Source: a virus. From it: DNA of 60,311 nucleotides. Under the pieces are notes generated by a model. That model was not told where the DNA came from. It was given only the letters and a program-made list of their open reading frames with translations, and ran no database searches. How positions within the stretch are numbered: the first letter of the stretch is position 1; every line of letters starts with the position of its first letter. The stretch covers positions 1-60,311 of the IMG/VR virus record IMGVR_UViG_3300014348_000043; one strand, given 5' to 3'. Positions 1 to 6,219 of the stretch are shown one piece after another. The translations under genes and the position numbers were made by a program.

Positions 1-214
1 TGCATTTTCTTCTTCAAGCTTTTTTATCTTTTGCGACAAAATAACATAGGCGGCGATGAATCCAATTTCTGCCCCATCCTCGGGAGTTTCTGGGACAATG
101 TCAAACACCCTTCCTTTTTGGCAGAGGGCCTCTCGCACCATTCTTTTCAGTGTTTCTAGGGTTTCTTTATCCATGTCTCCTCAATTTCCATCCGTTGTAT
201 GTTTTATAGAAAAC
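1..214. repeat. Direct terminal repeat, left copy (identical to 60098..60311)
   Basis: All 214 bases (tgcattttcttcttcaagc...gttttatagaaaac) recur exactly at 60098-60311. The repeat cuts through two ORFs: bases 1-174 are the 5' part of the 69-aa ORF 60062..60271, and it also holds the 3' end of the 80-aa membrane ORF. It is therefore genome-end redundancy or circular overlap, not a gene boundary. Confidence 0.95.
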
Positions 215-409
215 GTATTTTCTTAGAGGTTCCGCCAGGAAATTTAAGACCAGAAGAATGAAAAATGGAACAAGAAAGGGCCAGACCAACGGGACAATAA
301 TGTTTAGAACTATTTCGGTTCCGTCAATTCTCCCTGGTTCCCAGGCTTTGCGAAACATCTGGGTGGCTAGGATTGCAGCAAAAACAGCATAGATAAAAAT
401 TAAAATCAC
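167..409 (-). CDS. Small integral membrane protein (80 aa)
   Basis: Hydrophobic ORF (VILIFIYAVFAAILAT..., IIVPLVWPFLVPFFILLVLNFL). I prefer the GTG at 409 because GGAGG lies 5 nt upstream and it overlaps the upstream stop as GTGA. The ORF track's longest start is 421. Confidence 0.7.
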   Translation of the reverse strand: MILIFIYAVFAAILATQMFRKAWEPGRIDGTEIVLNIIVPLVWPFLVPFFILLVLNFLAEPLRKYVFYKTYNGWKLRRHG

Positions 410-606
410 TTTTCCTCCCACTTAGTCAGCTTCTCGCCAAAATGTAGTCCTGCCGAAAAACTAGCGAGCATTAGCATAATCGTTCCAATTGGCTCTGCCG
501 CAATTCCATAAAATGCCATCACCGCGAGATTGATAATTGCGGCGAAAAGCGTCCCGGACATAGCCGTCATGAGTACGTCGCGGACCTTCTGTGTTGTGGT
601 TTTCAT
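406..606 (-). CDS. Small integral membrane protein (66 aa, two predicted TM helices)
   Basis: ATG at 606 is preceded by GAGGAG. Hydrophobic stretches: LMTAMSGTLFAAIINLAVMAFYGIA and IGTIMLMLASFSAGL. Confidence 0.75.
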   Translation of the reverse strand: MKTTTQKVRDVLMTAMSGTLFAAIINLAVMAFYGIAAEPIGTIMLMLASFSAGLHFGEKLTKWEEK

Positions 607-846
607 CTGATCTCCTCAAGCCTGTAGCATATTTCAACAAGGTCGTCATGCAGATGGCATATCTTTTTTTCTTTAATTGCTCTGGCGTTTGCTTTGCCAG
701 ACCCGCTTCAGATTGGTCTGACATTTGCGGAGTACCAGACCGCTGCCAGCGCGAGACATATTGCGACTAGAACAAACTTTGCGAATGTCATGTATCAACC
801 CCATGCTCTTTGAGGATTGCTTGAATTTTCGCCTCTACTGGCTCTT

Positions 847-1359
847 TCATTTTAGCAATTCTCTTCTTGATGTCTGGAACAAATGGCCCAAACACCTCAC
901 ACGACTCGAGTAAAATATCGAAGTGCTTCTCATAAACTTCCAACGCCTTCTTATACCCTTCGAGCTGGCGGGTGAGTGCCCGACTTTAAAAAAATGCCAA
1001 AGAAGTTTTTCGCTATCTTTTTGTGTCCACAGTCTGGGTTCCTCTCTCGAGTCAGAAGAATACCAAACATTTAAAACTTCCGGCTGCGCTCTCAACCACT
1101 CAAGCTGAGTAATTATCTTTAAGATTGGGCCGCGCTCGTAACCGATACCATAATAGCGACTTAATCCTGTGCTCACTTCAAATGCGGCACCATGTGCCAT
1201 GTGAATTTCACCCCATGTGTCAGGTGCGTCGCCGATGATTAAGTCTTCTTCAGCAATTACGTCATCCCTGTCGTGTGAATTGCGAAATCTTTCATTTAAA
1301 ACTGGTGCGCTCTCTCGGTATCGCAAAGACACGCCCATCATTACATCTAATCCCATCAC
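847..1359 (-). CDS. Hypothetical protein with a probable frame break at 985-994 (3' part appears to continue in the -1 frame to 788)
   Basis: The start overlaps the upstream stop as ATGA. The sequence is protein-like up to ...EKLLWHFFK. After the U7A3 homopolymer the annotated frame turns R/S-rich, while the -1 frame reads SRALTRQLEGYKKALEVYEKHFDILLESCEVFGPFVPDIKKRIAKMKEPVEAKIQAILKEHGVDT and stops at 788-790. Confidence 0.5.
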   Translation of the reverse strand: MMGLDVMMGVSLRYRESAPVLNERFRNSHDRDDVIAEEDLIIGDAPDTWGEIHMAHGAAFEVSTGLSRYYGIGYERGPILKIITQLEWLRAQPEVLNVWYSSDSREEPRLWTQKDSEKLLWHFFKVGHSPASSKGIRRRWKFMRSTSIFYSSRVRCLGHLFQTSRRELLK

Positions 1360-1634
1360 TCCCCATCCTTAAGCCACTGCTCGAGTTGTGTAATTCGTGA
1401 CGAAGCTTCAAGCTTGATGTCACCGTGACTGTTAGCTGCAATCCAATCCAGCCCCTCCGCCATGCTGACGAAAAGTTTCTCGAGGCCTTTGACGTGTGTG
1501 GTAGAATACCAACGGCAACCTCTCTGGAATGATTCGTGGTCCAAAAATCCGTCTTCGCAACTGTCGCAGAATTTGATTGCAGATGGCTCATCAAACGCCA
1601 ATCTCTCGCGGACTCTCTGTGCTAAATTAGTCAT
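1356..1634 (-). CDS. Hypothetical protein (92 aa)
   Basis: ORF with ATGA overlaps at both ends (1631-1634 and 1356-1359). Contains the Cys-containing motif CDSCEDG...GCRW. Confidence 0.75.
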   Translation of the reverse strand: MTNLAQRVRERLAFDEPSAIKFCDSCEDGFLDHESFQRGCRWYSTTHVKGLEKLFVSMAEGLDWIAANSHGDIKLEASSRITQLEQWLKDGE

Positions 1635-1837
1635 CGTCTATTCTCCTGAATATTTCCCCACTGATCGACCGCCTTACCATCAACCCACTTGAGCCAAGGG
1701 CAGTATGTGACGTGCGAAATTTTGTGAGGCGCTAGCTTGTACGCTTCTTTGCGGTTTTTAGCTACGAGATAGGTCATTGGCCCATTCCCACCATCATCCA
1801 AATATACTCGGTAAACCCTCTCTGCTGTGGGTTTCAT
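1631..1837 (-). CDS. Hypothetical protein (68 aa)
   Basis: ORF coupled to both neighbours by ATGA overlaps. Confidence 0.7.
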   Translation of the reverse strand: MKPTAERVYRVYLDDGGNGPMTYLVAKNRKEAYKLAPHKISHVTYCPWLKWVDGKAVDQWGNIQENRR

Positions 1838-1998
1838 TCTTCCTCCACGTCACTCTTAACGTCTTCGACAACTTCTTTTGCTGCTTCGGCAATTGGTTTG
1901 GTAACTTGACGAGTCAAGTCGACAGCGATTTCGACAGGAGCAAGAGCAATTTCAGTAACGTCCTTAGCTACATTAAATATACTTTTAAGCAAACTCAC
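1834..1998 (-). CDS. Hypothetical acidic protein (about 54 aa; ORF-track maximum start 2082)
   Basis: In-frame GTG at 1998 and TTG at 1992 follow GGGGGAGGG. The longer ATG start at 2082 would overlap the well-signalled small ORF 2027..2188. Confidence 0.55.
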   Translation of the reverse strand: MSLLKSIFNVAKDVTEIALAPVEIAVDLTRQVTKPIAEAAKEVVEDVKSDVEEE

Positions 1999-2026
1999 CC
2001 CTCCCCCTTCTCTTGCGCTGTGGGTT

Positions 2027-2188
2027 TCATAGCTCTCCCAGGTATTCAAAATCCCGACTGACCGAGTTTTGGTCCCTGCCATATACGATCAAGAGCGCGT
2101 CTGTTTTAGCGCAGTAGTAAACATATTCGACTCCGCAATCACAACACCCTGCCGGGCAAGAGCACCCACCTACATGATACCAAGCCAT
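2027..2188 (-). CDS. Cys-rich small protein (53 aa, below the ORF-track cutoff)
   Basis: ATG at 2188 lies 2 nt after the upstream stop, with AAGGGGGAA about 8 nt upstream. Translation: MAWYHVGGCSCPAGCCDCGVEYVYYCAKTDALLIVYGRDQNSVSRDFEYLGEL. It has 7 Cys in the first 26 residues. Confidence 0.55.
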   Translation of the reverse strand: MAWYHVGGCSCPAGCCDCGVEYVYYCAKTDALLIVYGRDQNSVSRDFEYLGEL

Positions 2189-2190
2189 AT

Positions 2191-2550
2191 CTATTCCCCC
2201 TTCTCTGCCGCTTCGAGGGCTTGGCGGGCTCTCTTGCCGCCGATCATATATTTTTGACCTCTTGCCCCAGTTGGCTCTTGCAAAAATTCAACATCTTCAA
2301 GTTGAACCCTGTCGAAGAAAAATTTCTTGCGAAAAGACCATGCACCTGTTTCGCCGAGACTTTTCGAGCCATAGTACCTCAGTGCCTCAACCAGCTTCTT
2401 ATTCTGCTCCTCCAGCTCGAGCATTCGCTTGGCGATGTCTGCGGCGTCAGAAACAGCTAAACCGACATAAACGGAAAGGCCCCAGCTTTTTGAATTTTTC
2501 TCTTTTTCATGCGCTTCAATCAGTGATTTGGCTTTTGATGTGAGGGTCAT
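2191..2550 (-). CDS. Hypothetical protein (119 aa)
   Basis: ORF whose start overlaps the upstream stop as ATGA. The central part looks coiled-coil (KRMLELEEQNKKLVEALR). Confidence 0.75.
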   Translation of the reverse strand: MTLTSKAKSLIEAHEKEKNSKSWGLSVYVGLAVSDAADIAKRMLELEEQNKKLVEALRYYGSKSLGETGAWSFRKKFFFDRVQLEDVEFLQEPTGARGQKYMIGGKRARQALEAAEKGE

Positions 2551-3095
2551 GGCTCACCTTTATATCGTCGAATAAGCGAATGCTTCAGTGTTGCGAGCGT
2601 ATTCATTTGATTCTTGTGTTCGCGCTCAGCTTCCTTAGGGTCTGCGAACGGAAGCTCTTTGAACGCTTTGATGTGAAGCATTTCGATGCCTTCGATTTCA
2701 CGAATGGCGAACTTAATGCCTAATTTAAACGCCTCCTCAGAAAGGTAATGGACTCTGTCTTTATTTGCATCTGCGAGCCGCTCCAGTTCTTTGACGCTGG
2801 TTTCGAGAACAGCTTCGCGGTGCTGTTTCATTTGCTCGTATATTGTTTTAGCCATCTCTTCCCCCTTTCTCGGTGGGATGATTTTGTAATTGAGAAACTT
2901 GGCGATAGCTGGCCTGTAATCATCAAGAGCGTTTGCAAGTAGGCAAAAAATAAAACCCACAGCGAGTATCGGCGCGAACAGCGTGAAGAGAATCAGTTCT
3001 ATAACGGTCACATACTTAACTTGAAGCCACCAAGAAAAAACACAGATCGGCAACGACACCGCCCAAATGATTGCGATGATTTCAAGGTAGGTCAT
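2547..3095 (-). CDS. Membrane protein with C-terminal helical domain (182 aa)
   Basis: The N-terminus has hydrophobic helices (IIAIIWAVSLPICVFSWWL, VIELILFTLFAPILAVGFIFCLLA), followed by a charged helical region. Coupled by ATGA at both ends. Confidence 0.75.
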   Translation of the reverse strand: MTYLEIIAIIWAVSLPICVFSWWLQVKYVTVIELILFTLFAPILAVGFIFCLLANALDDYRPAIAKFLNYKIIPPRKGEEMAKTIYEQMKQHREAVLETSVKELERLADANKDRVHYLSEEAFKLGIKFAIREIEGIEMLHIKAFKELPFADPKEAEREHKNQMNTLATLKHSLIRRYKGEP

Positions 3096-3406
3096 AAAAC
3101 CTCAATCCTCACGCGTGTGCGTTTGCCGACAAGTTTGTTCAATGTGCGTCTGTGTTCTCGATCAGAGGGGAATGGCCAAGCTCCATTCACATCTACAATC
3201 GTTACCCACTTACACTCAAACTCGATCACCTCTGGTTCGATTTCCCAGTCGTTCGCTAAAATATCCGACTCCAAAAAAATTATCTGCCCAGTTTCTCTCG
3301 AAATCGTGCCGAGCGATGAATTTTTATTTGCGAATAAATAGCTGCTTTTATCCCAATGTTTGCGCTTAAACCGCCGCCCACTTTTCACTGCTTCGATGAT
3401 GTTCAT
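3092..3406 (-). CDS. DUF2829-like (Tad2-like fold) small protein, 104 aa
   Basis: The N-terminal 58 aa (MNIIEAVKSGRRFKRKHWDKSSYLF...ESDILANDWEIEPE) match my recollection of the DUF2829 pattern: M.f.eAl.alK.G.k..R..W at the start and eDllA.DWe at the end. I recognised this from memory and did not search. Confidence 0.5.
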   Translation of the reverse strand: MNIIEAVKSGRRFKRKHWDKSSYLFANKNSSLGTISRETGQIIFLESDILANDWEIEPEVIEFECKWVTIVDVNGAWPFPSDREHRRTLNKLVGKRTRVRIEVL

Positions 3407-3409
3407 GCG

Positions 3410-3616
3410 TTAGTCCCTTTTCTTTGGGCGTTTGGCTTTAACAACCGATGTTTTTAAATTGAAAAATCCAAGAGGCTTGTAATTGACCTCATAGACTTCA
3501 CGCTCAGGACCAGCCTCTCGCACGGCCTCCTCTTTTTCATCATAGTGTTCGAAGTAGTGACCATCCTCATCGTTCGAGTCGTCATTCCAGAATGCGTATT
3601 CTTTTAGCTTTTTCAT
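3410..3616 (-). CDS. Hypothetical acidic protein (68 aa)
   Basis: ATG at 3616 has AAAGGAA 7-8 nt upstream. An in-frame UGA sits two codons upstream, so this gene is independent of the upstream structured region. Confidence 0.75.
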   Translation of the reverse strand: MKKLKEYAFWNDDSNDEDGHYFEHYDEKEEAVREAGPEREVYEVNYKPLGFFNLKTSVVKAKRPKKRD

Positions 3617-3619
3617 TTC

Positions 3620-3959
3620 TCATTCCTTTCATAAGTTGAGGCGAGAGCGTGTCCCCAGTGGCTTCTCCTAGATTTACGGCTTTTAATCCATTGCTGGCAC
3701 CGCCGAGTACAGGGTGTTAACCACAGCTTTCCACGCCGCTCGCCTCAATGAAAAGTTATGGACCGCTCTTGGCTCTTGCCCACTCGTAAGTGGAGGTGAG
3801 TCACCCCTAGAGCTGATTTAAGGAAGCGTGCGGGCACACCTATCTCCCTCCAAAACTTTTCATTCAAGCGACCCCTTTCGGGGAGGCGGGGCATTCTTTT
3901 AACCCGACCGTTTACGGGCCCGCCTGCTCGCGCACTATTCCGCACGAGCGCGGATAAAA
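3620..3959 (-). ncRNA. Candidate structured non-coding RNA or structured leader (family not recognised)
   Basis: A 340-nt gap in an otherwise gap-free operon. Helices found by hand on the minus strand: 3949-3942/3933-3926; GGCGGG/CCCGCC at 3924-3919/3890-3885; CCCC-GAAA-GGGG at 3883-3872 (GNRA loop); an 11-bp long-range helix at 3864-3854/3757-3747; CCACU-UACG-AGUGG at about 3793-3780 (UNCG loop); a 13-bp long-range helix at 3746-3732/3651-3638; and CCA-GCAA-UGG at 3697-3688 (GNRA loop). The tetraloops are canonical only on the minus strand. Confidence 0.45.
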
Positions 3960-4670
3960 TTACAACACTGCCTCTCTTACAATCTCTAAAATAAATTTCT
4001 CTTTTAAAGTAGCGGAAAGATTCGAGGTGACAATCTCTTCTACACTTGTAATCCAGCCGCTTTTTATTCTCTTTTTCGCAGGTCGAGCAGGTTCCGCATC
4101 ACCCCCAGCACTCTCAAAACTTCTAGGAACTTTGATCTTTTTCTTTTTCTTCTTCGCGTTAATCCAGCCCTTACCGATTTGCGGGTTTAGACATGGTATT
4201 TCGTGCTCTCTCATCAAGGATGAGATCATAGACTGTACAATTGGCCCTCCCTTGGAGGTGGTGTAACCAATTTCGTTTAGCTCTTTTGCAATATCTGCTT
4301 GTTTCACCTTTGCCGCAGCTCTCTGTCTGACTATCTCGATAGCAACTTCGTCTACTCTTCTTACTACTACTTCAGAGGATTTTTCTGTCTCGACTAATTG
4401 AGGTTCTTGCTTTAGGGCTTCTTCAAATGGCCTGTGTAAAAATCTTTCTTTCACTTTAATCTCCCGTCCGTCATTGAATTCTCTTCCAAGTTTTAAACAC
4501 AACTTACGCAAGTCCTTGACTCTTTTAATGTCGACTCGCCAATCGCTCGGCGTCGAGGAATAAACAAAATTGTGTCCAGTTGTTTTGTCCTTCCAGATAA
4601 CATGCTTGTTTCTTCTTTCAAAAACAAATCCGTTTAACTCTAAAAGTTCTTCAATAGATTTCTTTGTCAC
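3960..4670 (-). CDS. Putative DNA-binding protein (236 aa) with a central resolvase/Hin-type HTH-like segment and a lysine-rich linker
   Basis: The segment KQADIAKELNEIGYTTSKGGPIVQSMISSLMRE resembles resolvase-type HTH. The N-terminus (IEELLELNGFVFERRNKHVIW...) tentatively resembles a YcfA/HicA-like fold. Contains a KKKKKKIK tract. Confidence 0.45.
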   Translation of the reverse strand: MTKKSIEELLELNGFVFERRNKHVIWKDKTTGHNFVYSSTPSDWRVDIKRVKDLRKLCLKLGREFNDGREIKVKERFLHRPFEEALKQEPQLVETEKSSEVVVRRVDEVAIEIVRQRAAAKVKQADIAKELNEIGYTTSKGGPIVQSMISSLMREHEIPCLNPQIGKGWINAKKKKKKIKVPRSFESAGGDAEPARPAKKRIKSGWITSVEEIVTSNLSATLKEKFILEIVREAVL

Positions 4671-4999
4671 TTACAGGCACCGAAGTTGTGACTGTGAATG
4701 TCGTGGATGTATGGAGTTGCGCCTGAAATTCCAGGATTAACCAGGCAGCACTCTTCTTTTTCGTAGAATTTTTCACACTCTCTGGTGACTCTGTCGTATA
4801 TCTCGCCTTGTTGCAGGCCACCCATTGAGCTAGATCCTGCTCCCCAAGATCTTCCTCGATTATGAAAGTTTTGAAACTCTGAGGACCTACAAACAGAGAC
4901 ACAGAATTTCTTGTCGACTTTTTTAACATTTCCAGGACGGGCATCCTGAAAAGTACAGCCCGCCCCAACTAGCAAAATGGCAATCAAAAAATATTTCAT
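4667..4999 (-). CDS. Cys-rich lipoprotein (110 aa)
   Basis: ATG at 4999 has GAGGAGG upstream. The signal peptide carries a lipobox (MKYFLIAILLVGAGC) and the mature part has about 7 further Cys. The ORF-track start is 5014. Confidence 0.7.
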   Translation of the reverse strand: MKYFLIAILLVGAGCTFQDARPGNVKKVDKKFCVSVCRSSEFQNFHNRGRSWGAGSSSMGGLQQGEIYDRVTRECEKFYEKEECCLVNPGISGATPYIHDIHSHNFGACK

Positions 5000-5012
5000 A
5001 AAGTTCCTCCTC

Positions 5013-5086
5013 AAAAAAAAAGATGGGACGTGGTCGCTCGCCAGTTCGACTTAACAGCTAACAACCCCTAAAGGCCGCACGTCCCA
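5013..5086 (-). terminator. Hairpin plus U9 tract, terminator-like
   Basis: On the minus strand UGGGACGUG (5086-5078) pairs with CACGUCCCA (5032-5024) around a 45-nt interior. A run of 9 U follows after 2 nt (plus-strand A9 at 5013-5021). The loop is unusually large for a simple intrinsic terminator. Confidence 0.4.
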
Positions 5087-5095
5087 AACCGTATA

Positions 5096-5524
5096 CTACT
5101 TTTTATCTTTATCGAACGGGACTATCTTTACCTTTGGAAACTTTTCATCCGATCTTAACTGGTTTGACGCCCTAGTTCCGTTCATCCACTTTATTTTTTC
5201 CGTGACTGTTTCTTCCCCGGCAAACTTCTTGTCGAACTTTCCTGTAACGACGTTGTGGCATGTGAAGCACATCGGCAGATAGTTGCCCTGTTTCCAGAAC
5301 CACTCTACTTCTCCCATCGCCGGGCGAATGTGGTCGACAACTGTTGCCAGCTCATTGCAGCAGTAGCATCTCGTGTTTATCTCTAGGAATCGGCGAGAAT
5401 AATTTTCCCAGTTTCCGTGGGTTCGGTCTCGGTAGAGTTTTTGTCGCTTTGTTCGCTCGAGGTTGAGTTCTCTATGCCCAGTGACAACTGCTCGGTGTTT
5501 TGGTTTAAAGTTTCTTTGGCCCAA
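5096..5524 (-). CDS. HNH endonuclease (142 aa from the only in-frame start, TTG 5524)
   Basis: Motifs: CYCCNE...VVDHIRP...GNYLPMCFTCHNVVTGKF. The first 142 nt overlap ORF 5383..5835. There is no in-frame ATG before the HNH core. Confidence 0.8.
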   Translation of the reverse strand: MGQRNFKPKHRAVVTGHRELNLERTKRQKLYRDRTHGNWENYSRRFLEINTRCYCCNELATVVDHIRPAMGEVEWFWKQGNYLPMCFTCHNVVTGKFDKKFAGEETVTEKIKWMNGTRASNQLRSDEKFPKVKIVPFDKDKK

Positions 5525-5835
5525 TTGTCTAGCCTCCAGAGATATTCATTTTTGATTTCTTCGCCGATCTCTCCCCGTTCTGCCAGAACCTCCATTAGAA
5601 CTGTGTGGGCCTCGTCAGCTTTCTTCAGTAAAATCTGGAACTGTTTTGCAGTCGTGACGGCTTCTTTATTTGCCTGCATCAAGCTCGGAATAATTTGATT
5701 GGCCTCGAGCAGTAGAGTGACCCGCTTCGACAGGTGTTCAAACTGGCAGCGATTCTGCGGCGGGTGATGTTGGCCGCAGATCGGGCAAGGATTTGTGCCC
5801 GAAGTCCCTTTTTCTAGTTGAATTATTTTCCCCAT
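5383..5835 (-). CDS. Zinc-ribbon/coiled-coil protein (150 aa as annotated; the last ~40 aa are low-complexity and overlap the HNH ORF)
   Basis: Contains CPICGQHHPPQNRC followed by a helical region. The tail after ...DNWAKETL reads NQNTEQLSLGIENSTSSEQSDKNSTETEPTE, which is not protein-like. Confidence 0.6.
   Translation of the reverse strand: MGKIIQLEKGTSGTNPCPICGQHHPPQNRCQFEHLSKRVTLLLEANQIIPSLMQANKEAVTTAKQFQILLKKADEAHTVLMEVLAERGEIGEEIKNEYLWRLDNWAKETLNQNTEQLSLGIENSTSSEQSDKNSTETEPTETGKIILADS
5503..5509 (-). promoter_or_regulatory. Candidate -1 ribosomal frameshift heptamer U_UUA_AAC
   Basis: The minus strand reads ACU UUA AAC in the zero frame of ORF 5383..5835 (TTA = 5508..5506). The -1 frame continues as ...PKHRAVVTGH..., which is the HNH reading frame. 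Confidence 0.35.
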
Positions 5836-5838
5836 TTT

Positions 5839-6219
5839 TTATGTGTCCATTTCTAGGATCTCTCGCTCTTTGCTGAGATCTCTGTTGTTGGCGTCGAATT
5901 CGTTGAACTTATTCGGGAAGCGGGCCCGGAGCTTTTTGATATTTGTTTCTTGTGCTTCCCCAAACGTGATTCCCAGCTCGTCGCAGAGGACAGCCAAATA
6001 CCAAAATATGTCGCCAGCCTCCTCCTTCAAATTTACAAGATCTATAGGCTTCCCATAGAAGATATGTTTTTTCATGGCATCGAGGATCTCCCCGGCTTCA
6101 GTGCTGAGACCCATAGCCGCATGGAGGATTCTAACAGCATGTTTTTCTGAGGACCGAGCAGCCATCGGACTGTAGTCCTCTGCGTCTGTGACCAGAGCCT
6201 CTTTAATGTAGTCTTTCAT
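5839..6219 (-). CDS. mazG: MazG-like nucleoside triphosphate pyrophosphohydrolase
   Basis: EAGEILDAMKKHIFYGK...EEAGDIFWYLAVLCDELGITFGEAQETNIKKLRARFPNKF is the typical MazG helical core, with its EExxE/D metal ligands. Confidence 0.8.
   Translation of the reverse strand: MKDYIKEALVTDAEDYSPMAARSSEKHAVRILHAAMGLSTEAGEILDAMKKHIFYGKPIDLVNLKEEAGDIFWYLAVLCDELGITFGEAQETNIKKLRARFPNKFNEFDANNRDLSKEREILEMDT

Noticed and set aside
461-724. 87-aa ORF as annotated in the track.
   Set aside because: It overlaps the whole well-signalled membrane gene 406..606 out of frame. Only its first ~20 codons look real (see the A7 homopolymer finding).
3919-3929. An 11-mer GCAGGCGGGCC (minus strand) shared by the gaps after the stops at 3960 and 7730, and similar GGGCCCGGA hairpin arms at 7701 and 10594.
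   Set aside because: Matches of 9-11 nt are expected many times by chance in 60 kb. I treat them only as independent GC hairpins.
3745-3945. 66-aa ORF (MRNSARAGGPVNGRVKRMPRLPERGRLNEKF...) inside the 3620-3959 gap.
   Set aside because: It has no RBS and an Arg/Gly/Pro-rich composition typical of a GC-rich structured region read as protein. It is fully explained by the RNA helices.
3617-3962. Group I intron joining ORF 3960..4670 to ORF 3410..3616.
   Set aside because: The downstream ORF has its own SD and an in-frame UGA two codons upstream of its ATG. The upstream ORF ends at a normal UAA. I could not find P7/R-S core consensus sequences.
5024-5086. A possible tRNA: an 8-9-bp acceptor-like stem (GGGACGTG/CACGTCCC) enclosing about 45 nt.
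   Set aside because: No D-arm, anticodon arm or T-arm (GTTCRANYC) could be folded on either strand. A terminator-like hairpin followed by U9 is a better reading.
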